Assembly (NCBI GenBank): GCA_963758525.1
Contig: CAVWVQ010000003.1
Coordinates: 2,528,001-2,592,000 of the forward strand
DNA from: an uncultured Phycisphaerales bacterium
GTDB lineage: Bacteria > Planctomycetota > Phycisphaerae > Tepidisphaerales > Tepidisphaeraceae
Length of the DNA stretch: 64,000 nt
Direction of reading: 5' to 3'
Below are positions 62,001 to 64,000 of this stretch, piece after piece. Made by a program: the position numbers and the translations under genes. Positions within the stretch are counted from its first letter, which is position 1, and each line of letters starts with the position of its first letter. The notes under the pieces are model-generated. The model saw only the letters and a program-made list of their open reading frames with translations, had not been told where the DNA came from and made no database searches.

Positions 62001-63336
62001 GGCGAACGTCAGCTCAGCGATCGTCACGATGTCGAATCTTTCGCAGACGTATGATGGGTCGCCCAAGTCGGCCGTCGTCTCGACCACGCCGTCAGGCCTG
62101 GCAACAACGATCACGTACAGTCAAAACGGTCAGCGCGTCGCCAACCCGACCAACGCCGGAAGTTACGACGTGTCGGTAACGGTGAATAACCCCGACTACA
62201 CCGGCTCAACAACCAGCACGCTGGTCATTCATCCGCAAGCCATTGCAATCACCCTCGGGGATTTGTCCCAGACATACGATGGCACCGCCAGGCTCGCCAC
62301 GGCTTCAACAACGCCAGGCGGAATTGCGACGGAGATAAACTATTCGCAAAACGCAGACCGGGTGACGACGCCCATTGGCGCCGGAACGTATGACGTTTCC
62401 GCGGTAGCAAGCGATCCGAATTATTCTGGATCGGCCAGCGGAACGCTGGTGGTGGACGCGGCCAGCCCAATTCTGGACGTGGCGGGATCGACCGTCACTT
62501 ACGACGGCGCTCCCCACGCGGGGACCGGCCCGGCCATGGGGGTGGAACCGACCACGCCGGCGAATCTCACTCCACTGCTGCAACTGAGTTATCAGGACAT
62601 TGCGGATAATACCGTCAGCGCCGCCGCGCCCGTCTACCCGGGAACGTACGATGTGCTGGCCCGCTTTGACGGCAACGCCAATTACAAGGCCATCCCGCTC
62701 TTTAACACCGGCAAGACAATCGTCATCAACCCATTTGCGTCATTGGTCGGCCCGTCGATCTACACCCAGCGACCGACCACTCGTTTCGCCGGCAAGGTTT
62801 CCAGGAACGCCGAAGTTGCCCACGGCGTGGTGACCGTCGAGTTGGCCGGTGTAACACAGACCGTCAAGATCAGGCCCAATCGCACGTTCTCGACCCGCTT
62901 GTCCACGGCGAATCTGCCGGTCGGCAGTTACACCGTGAACTACACCTACTCCGGCCCCGGCAGGTTCCGGATCACCACCTGGTCTCGCACCCTCGCCGTT
63001 ACCTACAAGACCACGCCGCAGTTTGACGCAGCGCGACACTATCCGCCCGGCTCGATTATTCCGGTTGCGGTCAAGCTGGCGAACTCCGCCGGCGATCTAA
63101 TCGCCGACCCGCAGACCACACTGACGGCGGTCGGCATCGCCCACGCGTCATCGCACAAGACCGTGCTTCCGCTACCGGCCGGCACACCCGCCGGCGGCGC
63201 GTTTGCACTCGATCCGCGGACCGGCAGCTACGACTTGAATCTGAGCACCATGGGCCTGCACGCTGGGAAGTACTTGCTCTACTTCACCGCCTCGGGGGAT
63301 CCCATCACTCATGCGGTGAAGTTCATCATCGCGTGA
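56056..63336 (+). CDS. giant modular exported protein (~2426 aa): three beta-helix/choice-of-anchor-Q modules, IPT/TIG-like, FN3-like and MBG repeats
   Basis: EALENRRLFS export motif; SFRDAI/SLREAI x3; LGNYGGPT.T..L..GSPAI.AG...DQRG...DIGA.E x3; QTYDG repeats. Confidence 0.9.
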   Translation: MSHQFDSSLVRSPHSKESALATAARRRRVAQAVVEALENRRLFSTITVTTLVDTTNYPTSVTISQLNATPVSFRDAINAVNNTGGNDTINFAASLTAGGPATITLNGSELLLNDTSGTLTIDGPAANLLTISGNNANRVFEVASGSTAAIDGVTITGGNGAGNSGGAILSHGALTIAESTISGNSAGGAGYGYGGAIYEYGSNLTLQGCTIASNSGGWLGGGIFAGSTNLKISDSTITGNSARYGGAMYTDFDTATISDSTISGNTANLGSAIYGYRSNNTLQNTILTGSTSTFGTSFSGSYNLLGPGITVGGSHNIVESSVAAVGLGTLGNYGGPTQTIPVLAGSPAINAGSNSLAVDGSGNALTTDQRGIGYARQVGGVVDIGAFEVQTLSVTANTTNRAASAATLTIAGSAFDPTAANDSVTFNNGAVGTVTSATPGTLTVTLTTAPTAGALTAVVTADGSSSGSPVQVATIVPVVTSSTANLAANATSLTIGGVGFDPTIAHDSVVFNDGAVGSVTAATATSLTISLSSDPTSAGSLTAVVTTNSQSSGSAVQVAAVVPVVTSSTANLAANATSLSIAGVGFDPTIAHDSVVFNDGAVGSVTAATPTSLTVSLSSEPTSAGSLTAVVTTNSQSSGSAVQVATVVPVVTSSSTSLPITATSVTIAGFGFDPTIGNDAVVFNDGAVGQVTSANSNSLTVTFSAPPASTGSLVTVVTVDGVSSGAPVQVATVTAVSPTVTTPTQANLTSVTATLGGDVTSDGSTSIIDRGVLYSLTSVNANPTIGGTGVTEVDDAASTTGTFTENVANLSENSAYTYVAFATNGVGTSYSPVDTFQTQPTLVVNTAGDPNTPVDGDTSLREAIAYADSLGGDQTISFDPTLTANGPATITLNGSELDLDDPIGTLTIDGPGANLLTIDGNNASRVLSIVSHAAIDGVTITGGNPHPHTLFGGAVLVAFATATITDSTITGNANTDPTSGGYGGGIYAYRSSLNIQGCTISSNSAFYGGGIHAEQTSLVISNSTITGNTARNGGAIAAYFGTLAISDSTITGNTATSGSAGITGDLAASYDTINNTILTDGTPPYLSSYFGGSYDILGPSVAVTGSNNIVVSDAAAVGLGALGNYGGPTETIPLLSGSPAINAGSNSLAVDINGNALTTDQRGVGFGREIAGVVDIGADEFQSITVTPDTAGLANSATTLTIAGIGFDPTAANDSVVFNDGAVGTVTSASVGSLTVTFTTAPTIGGLTAIVTSDGTNSGAAVQVANVFAAPTVTTPTQANLTNTDVTLGGDVTSDGGSAVITRGVLYSLTAVNANPTIGGAGVTEVDDASATTGTFTENVTNLPENGADSYVAFATNAAGTSYTPVDTFQTQPSLIVNTTSDPATAVDGFTSLREAIAYADTLGGNQTISFDPSLTASGPATITLNGSELLLNDTSGTVTIDGPAADLLTISGNHASRVFDVAIGSKHQIDGVTITDGRSSDGGAGIRDLGTLTISNSTLTGNTDLPGNGRSYGGAIYASGPLTVQGCTISSNQSKYGGAIFSRDAQLTISDSTIAGNTAQNLGGAIWKEGGALAISDSTITGNTARSDDGILAYVVSATLNNTILTDSGSGYSSTLSGSYNILGPNTGVTGSNNIVESTVAAVGLGTLGNFGGTTQTIPLLPGSPAIDAGSNALAVDGNGNALTTDQRGAGFQRTIGASVDVGAYETPGFTIAATTGSGQSTSAGSAFATSLGVHVTANDSDLTDLTGGMITLTAPSSGAGATFSSAPIVLDSSGDGSTTATANNITGIYTVSASAGGVANSATFSLTNLVTALATPTVTVSDTGGVYNGSAYPATALVAGTDANPVASLEGVTPTVAYYVGSTATGASSSTAPTDAGTYTVVASFAGSTDYTAAVSLPTTFTISHAPVTVSLSNLTQTYDGSAKLAAATTAPDQISTTILYRQHGHLVASPTEAGSYGVFAFVNDANYSGSTHGTLVIQPANVSSAIVTMSNLSQTYDGSPKSAVVSTTPSGLATTITYSQNGQRVANPTNAGSYDVSVTVNNPDYTGSTTSTLVIHPQAIAITLGDLSQTYDGTARLATASTTPGGIATEINYSQNADRVTTPIGAGTYDVSAVASDPNYSGSASGTLVVDAASPILDVAGSTVTYDGAPHAGTGPAMGVEPTTPANLTPLLQLSYQDIADNTVSAAAPVYPGTYDVLARFDGNANYKAIPLFNTGKTIVINPFASLVGPSIYTQRPTTRFAGKVSRNAEVAHGVVTVELAGVTQTVKIRPNRTFSTRLSTANLPVGSYTVNYTYSGPGRFRITTWSRTLAVTYKTTPQFDAARHYPPGSIIPVAVKLANSAGDLIADPQTTLTAVGIAHASSHKTVLPLPAGTPAGGAFALDPRTGSYDLNLSTMGLHAGKYLLYFTASGDPITHAVKFIIA

Positions 63337-63356
63337 ACAGCGGTTCCCGCCCCGCG

Positions 63357-63510
63357 CCCAATACTCCGGGAGACGAACCCATTCTTACCCCACACCCAAT
63401 ACTCCGGGAGACGAACCCATTCTTACCCCACACCCAATACTTCGGGAGACGATCCCATTCTTACCCCCTCGCCCGGTACTCCGGGAGAGGGTTGGGGTGA
63501 GGGTGATTTC
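63357..63510. repeat. three tandem 38-bp repeats ending in a REP-like palindrome
   Basis: CCCAATACTCCGGGAGACGAACCCATTCTTACCCCACA x3 without spacers, then CCCGGTACTCCGGGAGAGGGTTGGGGTGAGGG. Confidence 0.9.
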
Positions 63511-63543
63511 GGATTTCAGTGCCGTTGGTACCCGACAATTTTG

Positions 63544-64000
63544 TCAGGAGCGAAGCTCGCGGTCCGAAGCGATCGAACGCATCTCTGCCGGAACCTTGAG
63601 CAGCGCCTCCGTGGGCAGTTCGTAAGTCTCGGCCACATGCTTGTCGTCATCGAGCAGCACTTCCGGCCAGCGCAGCCCGGCCAACGCCTGCACGGCAAAA
63701 ATCTCCTGAACGGCATCGGTGAACTTCACGAAGCCTGCGATCTGGCCGGTCCGGGTGTCGACGGCCCATACGCCACAGCACCGCTCGGCCTGCGGCTTTT
63801 CCGCGATGCTGATTCCACTGAAGGTCGCTGTCTCACGGACCTGCGATAATCCCACGAAAGCATAAGGCCCGACGAAATCCAGGCCGCGCGTAAAGCCCGG
63901 TAGCCGGCAGACCTCTTCATATTTGCCAGTTCGCTCGTCGACGACGCCAACGCCGCCGTTGCCGCTCTCCAGCACCCAGAGCTTGCCGTTGCGCCATCGC
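63544..64000 (-). CDS. TIGR03032/DUF4915 family protein, 3' part (5' end outside the window)
   Basis: LWVLESG.G, LPGFTRGL.F.G..AFVGLSQVRE..TF.G, CG...VD..TG. Confidence 0.85.
   Translation of the reverse strand, partial: RWRNGKLWVLESGNGGVGVVDERTGKYEEVCRLPGFTRGLDFVGPYAFVGLSQVRETATFSGISIAEKPQAERCCGVWAVDTRTGQIAGFVKFTDAVQEIFAVQALAGLRWPEVLLDDDKHVAETYELPTEALLKVPAEMRSIASDRELRS

Noticed and set aside
63357..63471. CRISPR array
   Set aside because: Units are contiguous with no unique spacers, and no cas genes are present
1..64000. tRNA, rRNA, tmRNA, RNase P or SRP genes
   Set aside because: No diagnostic motifs recognised by eye; a covariance-model scan would be needed to exclude them

Overview
GC-rich bacterial DNA, most likely from a planctomycete (Phycisphaerae/Tepidisphaerales-like; inferred from the E-x-LE-x-R-x-L-S export motif of a giant surface protein, 'TTQP' linkers and the repeat families). 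0.35-9.8 kb is a Tad/Flp pilus locus: two Flp pilins missed by the ORF track, prepilin peptidase, TadE, CpaB, secretin, CpaE, CpaF, TadB, TadC and a lipoprotein; a TadG-like gene lies separately at 52.4-53.5 kb. Housekeeping and envelope genes follow (ndh, icd, ymdB, lipA, DUF255, a PAS histidine kinase, mltA, two ABC-F ATPases including ettA, an mla/MCE operon, prmC, GH4 alpha-galactosidase, folD, alr, acyl-ACP desaturase-like). Small accessory modules are interspersed: a JAB-toxin/immunity-like pair, a DUF3299 triplet, a mosaic of IS/R-M/TA fragments at 33.6-35.2 kb, a DUF6036 pair and a HEPN pair. The window ends with a ~2430-aa modular adhesin-like protein and a convergent TIGR03032 gene. 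About 11 reading-frame breaks, mostly one missing base, suggest uncorrected long-read errors, so pseudogene status is uncertain. No rRNA, tRNA or CRISPR array was recognised. All family calls come from motif recognition by eye, not database searches.
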